The notes: generated from the letters alone by a model not told the origin. A stretch of DNA of 63,287 bases, filler included, from Mustelus asterias (GCF_964213995.1; 3 parts of 3 records of this genome joined end to end with filler, not necessarily neighbours in it); one strand, 5' to 3'; shown: positions 37,695-50,590, numbered from the whole stretch's first letter. Translations and numbers: made by a program.

Positions 37695-38352
37695 TGTGAT
37701 GATTCTGTACCTTTAAGAAATATATGTATATCATGTTTCTTGTAAGGGGTATGTTTAGAAATCAGATCTGCTTTGCAAGATGCCAATTTGTCCAGCAAAA
37801 CCTTTAAATTGGTCGCTGGGAGCAAGGATACATATTAAGTAGAGCTTGTCCATTTGTGTTTACTTGGGTCTCCCCTGAGGGTTTCAGTGTAGAGTTTTGA
37901 TTAGGTTGACTGACAGGGACAGAGTCATGTGCTTAATGGGAGGGGCCAAGCTTCCAGGGAAAAAAATATTGTTTCAGTTTCATTTTAAAATACAAAGAGT
38001 TGCTGCATGGGCTGCCAGAAGAAAACAGGTGTCTCTCCCTCTGTCTCTCTCACTCCAAAGGTGTTCTGGAAGCTCCAAGACCTAAGACAAGCAAGTATAC
38101 CTGCCTGTGTTTTGCTAACTAATTTTAAAGAGGTTGAGTCTATGAGAGGAATATTTCTTGAAATGCAACTGATTGCAGTAGGTTAGCAGTTAAGATTTGT
38201 GTCTTGTAATGTTTAAATATTGCTCAATTGTTAAAGGTTAAGCTACTTCATTTGTTATAGTTAAACTATGTTGTTAAATAAAGTTTGTTTTGATTAAAAG
38301 GTTCCCAGTTTTCAGTGGAATCGCGCCTGGATTGAAACATCTTATCCTCACA
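37695..38352 (+). mobile_element. Possible solo LTR
   Basis: Begins TGTGATGA and ends TCCTCACA (near-inverted TG..CA termini) with an internal AATAAA. No TSD seen. Confidence 0.4.
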
Positions 38353-38492
38353 CGAATGTCAAATATAGACAATTTAGATAAATAGATAAACACTGTTTGA
38401 ACAATTTAAGTTAAGAATAAACTAAATTTGTGGTGCATCGCGTTCCCTTATTTAATCAGTTTCATTATCTCGGTGATTCTCAGATATCCTCC

Positions 38493-41400
38493 ATGGAGAA
38501 ACCTGTTCTAATCAAACCCTCGCTGAGTGAAGCCCAGGCTGTTGAGTTGGTCGAGCGGTTGTACGGCCTGAAGGTCTCCAGTGTCCGACCAATGCCCAGT
38601 TACGACGATCAGAACTTCCACGTCCTGGTGTCTGAGGGGCAGGAGAGTGGAGATCACAGTGAGAGCTATGTCCTCAAAGTGATGAACTCTGTCGATAGCC
38701 AAGATGCCAATTTGACAGAAGCACAAACGGGAGCCATGATGTATTTGAGTGAGAAAGGGTTTCCTTCACCCACTCCAATCCCAACCATTGATGGCCAGAT
38801 TATGTCATTGGAAACTATTGGTGAGTATTAGTTACTGGGCTCAGGTTACAGTTGACCAGTCAACACACCCAGTATTTCAAATTCTCCTTTTTATAGACGT
38901 CCACATTTACATAAATCATTGCAAATACTAGAATTAATTGGAAATCAGTATTTATTGAGATCATTCAGCTCCCGATACACGAAGCTAATTTAACAACAAT
39001 ACTGGGCATTATCTTTTCCAGATTGTGGAGAAGAATCTAAGATCCATATGGTGCGGTTACTGAGCTACTTGCCTGGAACCCCATTGGCCCAGATGCCGAT
39101 AGGACCTCAGATCTTGTACAAAGCTGGCCGGACACTTGCCCAAATGAACCGTGTTCTTGCAGTAAGTCAGAGCGTTTTACCTGTGGAATTATCTCCAGGA
39201 AGGGTTGTGTGTGCACCCCGCCCCAGGATACAGTGAGGCAGTTCAATGTGTGTGGTTTGATCGATCTTGTAACAGGTCAGAGCCACTTCGAAGCTTCTTT
39301 AACCCGACAGCACAAAATATATTGTGAAGGGAATTCTTTCAAAAGCTTTCCTCATTATTTGTGGTCAGCGGATACCATCGAGGTGATTCTAAACATCAAA
39401 GAGAAGAAATCTAGTCACATCTTTGATTTGATTTATTATTGTTACATGTATTAGCATACAATGAAAAGTATTGTTTCTTGCACGCTATACAGACAAAACA
39501 TACTGTTCATAGAGACGGAAATGAGAGTGCAGAATGTAGTGTTACAGTCATAGCTAGAGTGCAGAGAAAGATCAACTTAGTGCAAGGTGGGTCCATTCAA
39601 AAGTCTGACAGCAGCAGGGAAGAAGCTGTTCTTGAGCCGGTTGGTACGTGACCTCAGACTTTTGTATCTTTTTCCCGATGGAAGAGAGAATGTCCGGGAT
39701 ACGTGGGGTCCTTAATTATGCTGGCCGCTTTGCCGAGGCAGCGGGAAGTGTAGACAGAGTCAATGGATGGAAGGCTGGTTTGCGTGATGGATTGGGCTAC
39801 ATTCACGACCTTTTGTGGTTTGCTGCGGTCTTGGGCAGAACAGGAGCCATACCAAGCTGCGATACAACCAGAAAGAATGCTTTCTATGGAGCATCTGTAA
39901 AAGTTGGTGAGAGTCGTAGCTGACATGCCAAATTTCCTTAGTCTTCTGAGAAACTAGAGGCGTTTGCAGCTTTCCACCGATAGCTGGAGTGTGGAATGTC
40001 TTTTTCCTTTATAACAAAATGGTGAAAGATATCCATATATCCCACACAAGCGCTGTTTCGTACCAGTTCAGTGCTCTTATTGATGATTATATCCAAAGCC
40101 AGGACAGTAGGGGGGGTGATGGCCTAGTGGTATTAAGGCTAGACTATTAATCCAGAAACTCTGCTAATGTTCCAGGACCTGGGTTCAAATCCCCTCAGGG
40201 TAGCTGGTGGAATTGGAATTCAATAAAAAATATCTGGAATTAAGAATCTACTGTTGACCATGAAGCCATTGTCGATTGTCGGAAAAACCGATCTGGTTCA
40301 CTAATGTCCTTTAGGGAAGGAAATCTGCCAGCGTTACCTGGTCTGGCCTACACGTGACTCCAGAACCACAGCAATGTGGTTGACTCTCAGCTGCCCTCAG
40401 GCAACTAGGGATGGGCAATAAATGCTGGCCAGCCAGTGAAGCCCATGTCCCATAAATGAATAATAAAAAAAATTTTGATATGAGTTTCTTGAAGATTTTC
40501 CCAGATGCTGATGGTCACAATGGAAGAAGGGACAACACAATGGACAACATTCCATTGGGAGACTTTGGGGATGGAATCTGATTCCTGCTGGTTTATTAAG
40601 TATTGAGTTTAGAAGGATGAGGGGGAGATCTTACTGAAACTTACAGGATACTGCGAAGCCTGGATAGAATGGACCTGGAGAGGATGTTTCCACTAGTAGG
40701 AAAAACTAGACCAGAGGGCACAACCTCAGGCTAAAGGGACGATCCTTTAAAACAGAGATGAGGAGGAATTTCTTCAGCCAGTGAGAGGTAAATCTGTGGA
40801 ACTCTTTGCCGCAGAAGGCTGTGGAGGCCAGGTCATTGACTGCCTTTAAGACAAAGATAGATAGGTTCTTGATCAATAAGGGGATTAGGGGTTATGGGAA
40901 AAAGGCAGGAGAATGGGGATGAGAAAAATATCAGCCATGATTGAATGGCGGAGCAGACTCGATGGGCTGAGTGGCCTAATTCTGTTCCTATGTCTTATGG
41001 TATCAACTAGCAGATATTTGCGGCGAGATTAGTATCTTTATTGCAACAATGCCTATTTAAATCCATATCTCAGGCCATTCAACCCCTCTTATTCTATCTC
41101 CATCTCATTCTGTTCATCTCCCTTGTATCATCCTCATCCCAACCCCATCGCACATTCCCCACTCCCACACCTTATGTGACCCCCATGGTGTTCCCCTCCC
41201 AGGCTGCCCTCCCTCCCTTGCCATGTCCAGCCCATGCCGCCACTCTTCCCATTGCCATACTCTCGCCACGCCTTCACCCCCTTGGTGATGGATTTGTCTC
41301 TTTGTCAGGAATTCCAGCATCCGACCCGGAAGAGTCTGCAGCGACAGGATTTCCTCTGGAAACTCTCGAACACGCACATGCTGGACGAGTACCTTCACGC

Positions 41401-44400
41401 GCTGGAGGAGGGAAGTAATCGCCAAGTTGTAGAGCAAATTATTCAACAATTCAAGGAAAAGATACTTCCAAATCTCAGCAAGTTTCGTCAAAGTAAGTGG
41501 CCGCCACAATTAGCAGACCAGTTACCAGTGGGCATCGATTAAAGCGGGGGGGGGTTGAGGGGAAATTATTTTAAACAGATAGAGGGAGTGGAGGGTTCGG
41601 GACTCATAGAAGCAGAAAGATTATAAAACATGCAACCCATGATTGCATAGAAACAGACAAAGAACAGTACAGCACAGGAACAGGCCCTTCGGCCCTCCAA
41701 GCCTGCGCCGATCATGTTGCCCCATCTAGACCAACCGCCTGTATCCCTCTATTCCCCGTCTGTTCATGTGTCAATCCAGATAACTCTTAAATCTGCCTAA
41801 TGTGTCTGTCTCAACCACCTCACTTGGCAGTGCATTCCAGGCTCCCACCACCCTCTGTTTAAAAAACCTTCTCCCTCACATCTCCACTGAACCTTTCCCC
41901 CCTTATCTTGAACTTGTGCCCCCCTTGTAATTGTCATTTCTGCCCTGGGAAAAAGCTTCCAATTGTTCGTCCTATCTATATATTCCTCATAATTTTATAA
42001 ACTTCCATCAAGTCGCCCCTCAGCCTCCATCTTTCCAGGGGGAACAATCCCAGTTTATTCAATCTCTCCCCATAGCTCCATACCAGACAACATCCTGGTA
42101 AACCTTTTCTGTACTCTCTCCAAAGCCTCCACGTCCACGCACATAGTAAATAGAAGCAGGCCCTTCGAGCCTGCTCTGTGGGTCACTGTCTGTGTGGAGT
42201 TTGTACGTTCTCCCCGTGTCTGCGTGGGTTTCCTCCGGGTGCTCCGGTTTCCTCCCATAATCCAAAGATGTGCGGGTTAGGTTGATTGGCCATGCTAAAT
42301 TGACCCTAGTGTCAGGGGGACTAGCAGGATAAATGTGTGGGGTTACGGGAATAGGGCCTGGGTGGGATTGTGGTCGGTACAAACATGTTGGGCCGAATGG
42401 CCTTCTTCTGCACTATAGGGATTCTATGGGGCAATTACCAAGGACTGAAAAATGGAGGGTAGGAATTTCAGGCTGTGTTTGGCCCTGGAACCAGAAAATC
42501 TCTCCTGGTCCGCAAACTGCCCGATTCCCGAGGCGGGCGGGACAGGAAAATTCCGCCCAGAATCTCAGCCGCAGACATCTGATGGGCTGATTGGTTGCCT
42601 CCTCTCTGATGAATTTCTATATGACTAGAACCAATCTCATCACATGTCCAATGATATCCTCAGAAGGATCATTCATATTAGTAAAATAAGACCTCAAAAT
42701 AATTTTACCAATGGGACAGGGAGGTAGAATCTTGTCTATTTCGAACGTTTGGTGATTCATTGGCTCTTAGAAGTTTCAAAAGTCTGACATTTGTTGCTGC
42801 TCTTTGAAATTGCCCTTACAATTCTGACAATACCACACTTAACAAACATGCCAGATCCTACAGGAGAAAACTGTTAATTAAAGCACCCCATTCTTTCCAC
42901 AAGCTTTTCCCTTGTCCTCATCAATGTTCACCTTCTTGGCATTTATAAAGGTGAGGAAGTATTGCTGCAACTATACAAGGCATTGGTGAGGCCGCACCTG
43001 GAGTATTGCGCACAGTTTTGGTCCCCTTATTTGAGGAAAGATGTAGTATTGGAGGCAGTTCAGAGGAGGTTCACTCGATTGATTCCAGAGATGAGGGGTT
43101 TGTCGTATGAAGAGAGATTGAATGGTTTAGGCCGATACTCTCTGGAATTTAGAGGAATGAGGGAAGATCAAATTGAGGTATACAAGATGATAAAAGGATA
43201 AAGTAGACGTGGAGCGGATGCTTCCTCTTGTGGGACATTCTAGGACGAGAGGTCATAGTCTTAGGATAAGGGGCAGCAAATTTAAAACAGAGTTGAGGAG
43301 AAACTACTTCTCCCAAAGGTTGTGAATCTGTGGAATTCGCTACCCCAAAGTGCGATGGATGCTGGGACAGTGAGTAAATTTAAGGAGGAGTTAGACAGAT
43401 TTTTAATTGGTAATGGGTTGAAGGGTTATGGGGAGAAGGCAGGAAAATGGGGATGAGGAGCGTATCAGCCATGATCGAATGGCGGAGCGAACTCGATGGG
43501 CTGAATGGCCTAATTCTGCTCCTATACCTTATGAACTTAAGAACAGTTGTTAATATTTCAATGTAATTCATTAGCACTCTGGGACATCATCAGAACATGA
43601 TAAGGTGCTGCACAAGAATACAAGTCTTTTTTTGATTTGATTTGAATAATTTATTATTGTCACATAGTGGTATACAGTCGAAAGTATTGTCTCTTGCGCG
43701 CTATACAGACAAAGCACGACAGTCATAGAGAAGGAAAGGAGAGAGTGCAGAATGTGGTGTTACAGTCATAGCTAGGGTGTAGAGAAAGATCAACTTAATG
43801 CGAGGTAGGTCCATTCAAAAGTCTGATGGCAGCATGGAAGAAACTGTTCTTGAGTCGGTTGGTACGTGACCTCAGACTTTTGTATCTTTTTCCCGACGGA
43901 AGAAGGTGGAAGAGAGAATGTCCGGGATGCGTGGGGTCCTTAATTATGCTGGCTGCTTCTCCGAGGCAGTGGGAAGTGTAGACAGAGTCAATGGATGGGA
44001 GGCTGGTTTGTGTGACGGACTGGACTACGTTCACAACCCTTTGTAGTTTCTTGCGGTCTTGGTCAGAGCAGGAGCCCATACCAAGCTGTGATACAGCCAG
44101 AAAGAATGCTTTCTATGGTGCCTCTGTAAAAGCTGGTGAGAACCGTAGCGGGCATGCCGAATTTCCTTAGCCTCCTGAGAAAGTAGAGGTATTGGTGGGC
44201 TTTCTTAATTATCGCAGTTTCTTTCTTAACTGTAGCGTCGTGAAATGCCATTTTTAAAAATGGTTTTCTCATCATATTTATTATCTATGAGTCAGATGGT
44301 GGGCAGCTAGGAGATATACAAGGGCTGCTATTGGGGTAACTCTCCCTCCCTGTGTGGAGAGTTTTCCCTTGGTAAGATTGGTAACTCATGGGACATTATA

Positions 44401-45907
44401 ATGTGTTATTGTGTAAAAACTCAAAACCCTAGTGCACTGTGGCTGCTCCTGCACTCGGTACAATTTTAGAACAACACCTCATTCTATTATCACGGGTATG
44501 TGTGAAAGATGCAATTCTAATGGAGGAAACCACAGGTTTGATTCATTCCTATTTGAAATGTACATTGAAGTGCAATATCTGTTCAGTCTTACAATGAACT
44601 AAATTTTGAGGGAGAAATTCTGTTTCAGTGAGTTTTTCTGGGACCTTGCTGCAGTTGAGACTGTTGGAAGTAATTCCATAGTTATGCATCGTAAAGAGTG
44701 GCTTCACCAATGATCGGAGGTCATGGCTGGGATTCTCCGGCCGTTTACGCCAGTGGGATTCTCCAGACCCGCTGGCAGCGCATCCCGCCCCCGTTGGCTT
44801 CCCGCCGACGCGGGGTGACGTCAATGGGAATTTCCGTTGACAGCAGGCGGGGTCCAGAGAATTCCGCCGCTAGCGAACAACGCAAAGTTGTTGAACCCCA
44901 CCACATTTACCCTGTCAGTCCCAACGGGAAACGCACCAAGCTTCCTATCGATGGCAGCACTTCCTCTGGGAGAATCGCACCCGTTTGTCTTTAGTGATAA
45001 ATGATAAGACTTCAGCCAGGATAATGAGGTTGGCTTGCTAGAGTATAACCGCTGGGCCACCGCAGGGGCTGGGGTGAATTATCGACCCCGACAGTCACAT
45101 TTTAATTTGACGTTTTAAGTTTCCTTTCTACTTTGCTTTTTAGTTTGGGCTGTTCCCCCTCCTTTTGGGGAGCTGCCCCTTTTAATTTGTCCTTCAGTTA
45201 ATTTGATTTAATTTATTTGTTTGGTATTTGAAAAGAAATCTAATTGATGGTTAAATCAGAGCGCCTCATGCTCCCGATTTAAAGCAGGTGTGTCAGATTC
45301 CCAGCCTGCATTCAGCAAGGAACAACTGGAGAGCTGGTTGTGTACAGATGTATGGTGTAAATAAAGTAACTTGGTGACGGGACTTTCGCCTCCGTGGAGT
45401 AATTACAAAAATATTGCAATGTTTGTGTCTTTACCAGGCCTAAATCACGGAGATTTCAGTCACACCAACATTCTAGTACAGCCGGTTCGACCTTCGTCTG
45501 GGCACTGTGACCCAGCACGCCTCCAGCAGGAGTTGGAGATCTCTGGTATCCTGGACTTTTCTGACATGAACAATGGGTATTATGTATCTGATGTGGCCAT
45601 TTCCATAATGTATCTGATGCTGGAGAGCAGCGACCCCGTGAGCGTTGGAGGCCACGTTCTGTCAGGCTTCGAGAGTGTGATCCCGTTGGGCCCCGAGGAG
45701 CGAGACGCGGTGTTCCTGCTGGTTCTCTGCAGGTTTTCTCAGTCGCTGGTTCTGGCGAGATACAACATTCTCCTGTACCCTGAAAACGAAGAGTACCTCC
45801 TGACCACAGCAAGAACTGGCTGGAAGTGTTTACACCAATTGTGGTCGCTGGGTAAAGGGGCAGTGGAAAAGATTTGGTTCGAGACAGCAAAATCCCACAG
45901 TACTTGA
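38493..45907 (+). CDS. HYKK: Hydroxylysine kinase (AGPHD1); coding exons 38493-38820, 39022-39161, 41309-41492, 45438-45907; 373 aa
   Basis: All introns GT-AG with consistent phases (1,0,1); 1122 nt including stop. Motifs PSYDDQNFHV, VRLLSYLPG, NHGDFSHTNIL, SGILDFSDM, VGGHVLSGFES, YPENEEYLLTTARTGWK, IWFETAKS. Lies upstream of PSMA4 in the same orientation, as in other vertebrates. Confidence 0.95.
39420..39965 (-). mobile_element. Rex1/Babar-like LINE 3' end
   Basis: MSATTLTNFYRCSIESILSGCIAAWYG...IIKDPTYPGHSLF and an (ATCAA)n-type tail. Confidence 0.8.
40595..43540. mobile_element. CR1 3' fragments (40595-41000 +, 41660-42140 -, 42950-43535 +) and a truncated V-SINE (42178-42428 +) in HYKK introns
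   Basis: LYKALVRPHLEYCAQFWSP motif and CR1 3' UTR hairpin GGGCTGAATGGCC. Confidence 0.85.
43630..44210 (-). mobile_element. Rex1/Babar-like LINE 3' end
   Basis: KKAHQYLYFLRRLRKFGM, DPTHPGHSLFHLLPSGKRY, RLKNSFF. Confidence 0.82.
44725..44982. mobile_element. MITE-like element with GGG.NGGATTCTCC-type termini (relatives near 31830-31935, 36872-36983, 42457-42558)
   Basis: GGCTGGGATTCTCC at the left and GGAGAATCGCACCC at the right are imperfect inverted termini. Confidence 0.45.
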
Positions 45908-46117
45908 CACAGTCCCTGCTGGGTTCTGTGTATCCCCAGACACACTGGCTTCCAGCATAACAAGGGCACTACTAAAGGGAGAATCATTGAAACAATGTTA
46001 ACCGATAGATTGGCACCCGGAATTATATAAATGTTTTAAGATCTTCATTCCTAAGATACATTTTTTAATCCATTTTTTTCTTCCTTATGGCTAGCTTTCT
46101 GTTGCTTCTCCTGATTC

Positions 46118-46206
46118 AGTAAGAAGTCTCACAACATCAGGTTAAACTCCAACAGGTTTATTTAGAATTACGAGCTTTCTGAGCGCTGCTCCTTCATCAA
46201 GTGAAT
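46118..46206 (-). mobile_element. Single-arm Penelope-type fragment with a degenerate hammerhead
   Basis: Same AGTAAGAAGTCTCACAAC..AGGTTAAA arm as the 56754 and 61106 elements. Minus strand reads TTGATGA-A-GGAGC-AGC-GCTCA-GAAA-GCTC. Confidence 0.7.
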
Positions 46207-46541
46207 CTCCAGATTCAGCTGTAAATCTGTAGACCTCTCTACAACAATTGAGACTCGCATCAGAATTTCCTTTGTCCAGTCCCAAAATGGTGCATCCAAC
46301 CAGTGGGAGGAATATCTCAATGGCAATTGGCTTCACTGACCTCTGAACCTGATTGAGCTGTGGACAATGATGACCAAAGCAAGGAAGAATTAATCCGCAC
46401 AGTTGCTGACCACATTATGGACGATTATGACCATTCCATCATTAGCGGTCGTGACTTAAAACTGCCTGGCCCCTTTAACTCTGGATCAACTCTGCATCTC
46501 TATCATTTAATACGCTCCTCAAAACATGATCCAGCCATCAA

Positions 46542-47893
46542 GGGTGGCACAGTGGTTAGCACTGCTGCCTCACAGCACCATGGACCCAGGTTCGATTCCG
46601 GCCCTTGGTGACTGTGTGAAATTTGCACATTTGCCCTGTGTCTGTGTGGGCTTCCTCCGGGCGCTCCAGTTCCCTCCCACTGTCCGAAGATTGATTGAAA
46701 TTTATTTATTGATTTATCAGTGTCACAAGTAGGCTTATATTAACACTGCAATGAAGTTACTGTGAAAATCCCCTAGTCGCCACACTCTGGCACATGTTCG
46801 GGTACACTGAGGGAGAATTTAGCATGGCCAATGCACCTAAGCAGCACGTCTTTCGGACTGTGGGAGAAACCTGGAACGCCCGGAGGAAACCCACGCAGAC
46901 ACAGGGAGAACGTGCAGACTCCACACAGACAGTGACCCAAGCGGGAATCGAACCCGGGTCCCTGATGCTGTGAGGCAGCAGTGCTAACCACTGTGCCATT
47001 TTGCTGCTCAATGTGCAAGTTAGGTGGGTTGGCCATGATAAATTGCCCCTTATTGTCCAAAGATGTGCAGGTTAGGTGGATTGGCCATGCTAAATTGCCC
47101 CTTAGTGTCCAAAGATGTGCAGGTTAGGTGGATTGGCCATGCTAAATTGCCCCTTACTGTCCAAAGATGTGCAGGTTAGGTGGATTAGCCATGATAAATT
47201 GCCCCTTATTGTCCAAAGATGTGCAGGTTAGGTGGATTGGCCATGCTAAATTGCCCCTTAGTGTCCAAAGATGTGCAGGTTAGGTGGATTGGCCATGCTA
47301 AATTGCCCCTTACTGTCCAAAGATGTGCAGGTTAGGTGGATTAGCCATGCTAAATTGCCCCTTAGTGTCCAAAGATGAGCAGGTTAGGTGGATTGGCCAT
47401 GCTAAATTGCCCCTTAATGTCCAAAGATGTGCAGGTTAGGTGGATTAGCCATGCTAAATTGCCCCTTACTGTCCAAAGATGTGCAGGTTAGGTGGATTAG
47501 CCATGCTAAATTGCCCCTTAGTGTCCAAAGATGAGCAGGTTAGGTGGATTGGCCATGCTAAATTGCCCCTTAGTGTCCAAAGATGTGCAGGTTAGGTGGA
47601 TTGACCATGCTAAATTGCCCCTTAGTGTCCAAAGATGTGCAGGATAGGTGGATTGGCCATGCTAAATTGCCCCTTAGTGTCCAAAGATGAGCAGGCTAGG
47701 TGGATTGGCCATGTAAAATTACCCCTCAATGTCCCAAGATGTGTGGGTTAGGTGGATTAGTGGGGCAAATGAGCGGGGTTATAGGGATAGGATGGAGGGT
47801 GAGCCTGAGTAAGATGCTGTGTCAGAGAATCAGCGCAGACCCGATGGGCTGAATGGCCTCCTTCTGCACTGTGGGAATTCTATGATTCTATGA
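46542..47893 (+). mobile_element. V-SINE interrupted by an antisense SINE (about 46700-46998) and carrying an internal 52-bp tandem array
   Basis: Head at 46542, break after CTGTCCGAAGA, resumption near 47010, CR1-like tail ending ATTCTATGATTCTATG. Confidence 0.85.
47012..47760 (+). repeat. 52-bp minisatellite, about 14 copies
   Basis: GTCCAAAGATGTGCAGGTTAGGTGGATTGGCCATGCTAAATTGCCCCTTAGT starts at 47055, 47107, 47159 and so on to 47731, an exact 52-bp period. Confidence 0.97.
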
Positions 47894-48417
47894 CTATCCA
47901 TTCTAATATCACCCTTTGTGGATCTGTCTCCCCCGTGCGAGTGTCTTGGAATATTTTACGAAATTCAAGGAGCCACAGGAATACAAATTACTGTCACTGA
48001 TTAAACTTGGCTATTCTTCTTTCCCCCATCAACATTGGCACTCCCTCTGAATGTTTGAATCTGTCTTTGGAACGAGAGCTGTCACTTTTACTTTTGCGAG
48101 GTCGTGAGGAACTCGGGGTTGAATATTGATGATAATTAGAGCAGATTAATTCTTCCCTGCTTTGGTCATCAGTGATCAAAGGTTCAGAGGTCAGTGAGGT
48201 CGGCTGCCAAGGAATACTCCTCGCTGGTTGGATAATTATATATCAATTGTGTCCAATTAATTGCAGGTGGAGGCGTTTCCCTTGAACATATATAATGACA
48301 AATTTATTGAACTTGTGGGCTGGGTTATGTTGAAAAATACATGCTTGTAATATTTTACTCTGTAAATAAGTGTAAGACTGTTTTACCCTTCACCCGCTCG
48401 GGGGTGCGGGGGGAGCA

Positions 48418-48718
48418 GGGTGGCACAGTGGTTAGCACTGCTGCCTCACAGCGCCAGGGACCCGGGTTCGATTCCCGGGTGTCTGTCTGTGTGCAGTTTG
48501 CACATACTCCCCGTGTCTGCGTGGGTTTCCTCCGGGTGCTCTGGTTTCCTCCCACAGTCCAAAGGTGTGCTGGTTTAGGTGCATTGGACATGCTAAATTC
48601 TCCCTTAGTGTAACCCGAACAGCTGCCGAAATGTGGCAACCAGGGGATTTTCACAGTAACATCATTGCATTGTTAATGTAAACTGACTTGTGACACTAAC
48701 AAAATAAATAAATAAACC
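48418..48718 (+). mobile_element. V-SINE with the alternative tail (TTTTCACAGTAAC...TGTGACACTAA)
   Basis: Same head and core as other copies but a different 3' tail. Confidence 0.85.
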
Positions 48719-48849
48719 TGCGATGCAGTTGTACTCGCCTTGACCCGTATGTGACTCCAGTCCCACACCGACATGATCCATTTTAATGCCACAGACTTGG
48801 TCTGAGTCCAGAGTGAGAATTTGGGGAATACTGGAATTGTTGAGCAGAG

Positions 48850-49925
48850 GGCTTCAGCAACCTTCAACACCATCATTCCTACAAAACTCATCTCCATACT
48901 CCGTGGCCTGGGGCCTGGCTCCTCCCTCTGCAACTGGATCCTGAACTTCCTATCCACAATCAGTAAGGATAGGCAACAACACCTCCTCCACGATCATCCT
49001 CAACACCGGTGCCCCACAAGGCTGAGTTCTCAGCCCCCTACTATACTACTTATACACCTTTGACAGTGCGGCCAAATTCCCCTCCAACTTGATTTTCAGG
49101 TTTGCTGACGACACCACTGTAGTAGGTCGGATCTCAAACAATGGCGAGACGGAGTACAGGAATGAGATAGAGAATCTGGTGAACTGGTGCGGCAACAATA
49201 ATCTCTCCCTCAATGTCAGCAAAATGAAGGAGATTGTCATTGACTTCAGGAAGCTTAGTGGAGGACATGCCCCTGCCTACATCAATGGGGATGAAGTAGA
49301 AAAGGTCAAAAGCTTCACGTTTTTAGGTGTCCAGATCACCGACAACCTGTCCTGGTCCCCCCATGCCGACACGATAATTAAGAAAGCCCATCAACGCCTC
49401 TACTTTCTCAGAAGGCTAAGGAAAATTGGCATGTCAGCTAGACTCTCGCTAACTTTTACAGATGCACCACAGAAAGCATTCTTTCTGGCTGTATCACAGT
49501 TTGGAATGGCTCCTGCTCTGACCACGACCGCAATAAACTATAAAGGGTTGTGAATGAAGCCCAGTCCATCCATTGACTCTGTCTACACTTTTCGCTGCCT
49601 CGGAAAAGCAGCCAGCATAATCAAGGATCCCGGACATTCTCTCTGCCACCTTCTTCCCTCAGGAAAAAGATACAAAAGTCTGAGGTCACGTACCAACCGA
49701 GTCAAGAACAGCTTCTTCCCTGCTGCCGTCAGACTTTTGAATGGACTACCTCACATTAAGTTGATCTTTCTCTACATCCGAGCTATGACTGTAACACTAC
49801 ATCCTGCACTCTCTCCTTTCCTTCTCTATGAACGGTATGTTTCATGCATATAGTGCAAGCAACAATACATTAAGTTAAAAAGTTAACGTTTATTTCATAC
49901 ATGTGACACCAATAAATGAACTCAA
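48850..49925 (+). mobile_element. Rex1/Babar-like LINE RT fragment
   Basis: FNTIIP, LCNWILNFL, RFADDTTVVG, LNVSKMKEIVIDFRK, KAHQRLYFLRRL; frameshifted. Confidence 0.88.
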
Positions 49926-50301
49926 ATAGTTTATTTCATATTTTCTGTTGTTATTTCAGGTATTTTATATCTTTTTCAGATTTTTTCAAATTTCAGATTT
50001 TAGTTTTATTTCAGTTTTTTTTATTTCCGATATTTTATTTTAATTTTAGGTATTTTTATTTCGGTTTTATTTGAGATGTGTGGGTGTACCTACACCACAG
50101 GGTCGGCAGCGATTCAAGAAGGCAGCTCACCACCACCTTCTCGAGGACAACTAGGGATGAGCAATAAATGGAAGGCTTTGCTGCTGATACATCCCAGGTG
50201 GGTGGCACAGTGGTTAGCACTGCTGCCTCATGGCGCTGGGTCCAATTCCTGTCTTGGGTCACTGCCTGTGCGGAGTTTGCACATTCTCCCCGTGTCTGCG
50301 T

Positions 50302-50332
<31 letters not shown>

Positions 50333-50415
50333 GAAAGACATGCTGGTTAGGTGCATTGGCCGTGCTAAATTGCCCCTTATTGTGAGTAAAGTGGAGTAAA
50401 GATGTGGGGTTACGG

Positions 50416-50590
50416 CAGTGGTTCCCAAAGGTGCGGCGCGAGAGGATGGTGGGAAGATTCAAGGACAATCAAAGAAACATTTAAACATTCATGTATAGAA
50501 ACCCGTAGAAGTTTCCAGATTTCATGCCATCTCTCTTTGTGTTGAGACTTAACACCAGTGAGGCGCGCCGCACCCTTTGGGAACCCTTTG
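50416..50590. mobile_element. hAT/Charlie-like MITE inserted in a V-SINE
   Basis: Left CAGTGGTTCCCAAAGGTGCGGCGCG and right CGCGCCGCACCCTTTGGGAACCCTTTG form about 25-bp TIRs. Flanks GGTTACGG / GGTTACGT give an 8-bp TSD with one mismatch. Confidence 0.7.

Noticed and set aside
46366-46410. C/D box snoRNA (ATGATGA...CTGA)
   Set aside because: The boxes are only about 40 nt apart, there is no terminal stem, the site is not intronic, and it is part of a repeat with an inverted copy.
47012-47760. CRISPR-like array
   Set aside because: Units are head-to-tail with no unique spacers, derive from a SINE core, and the DNA is eukaryotic with no cas genes.
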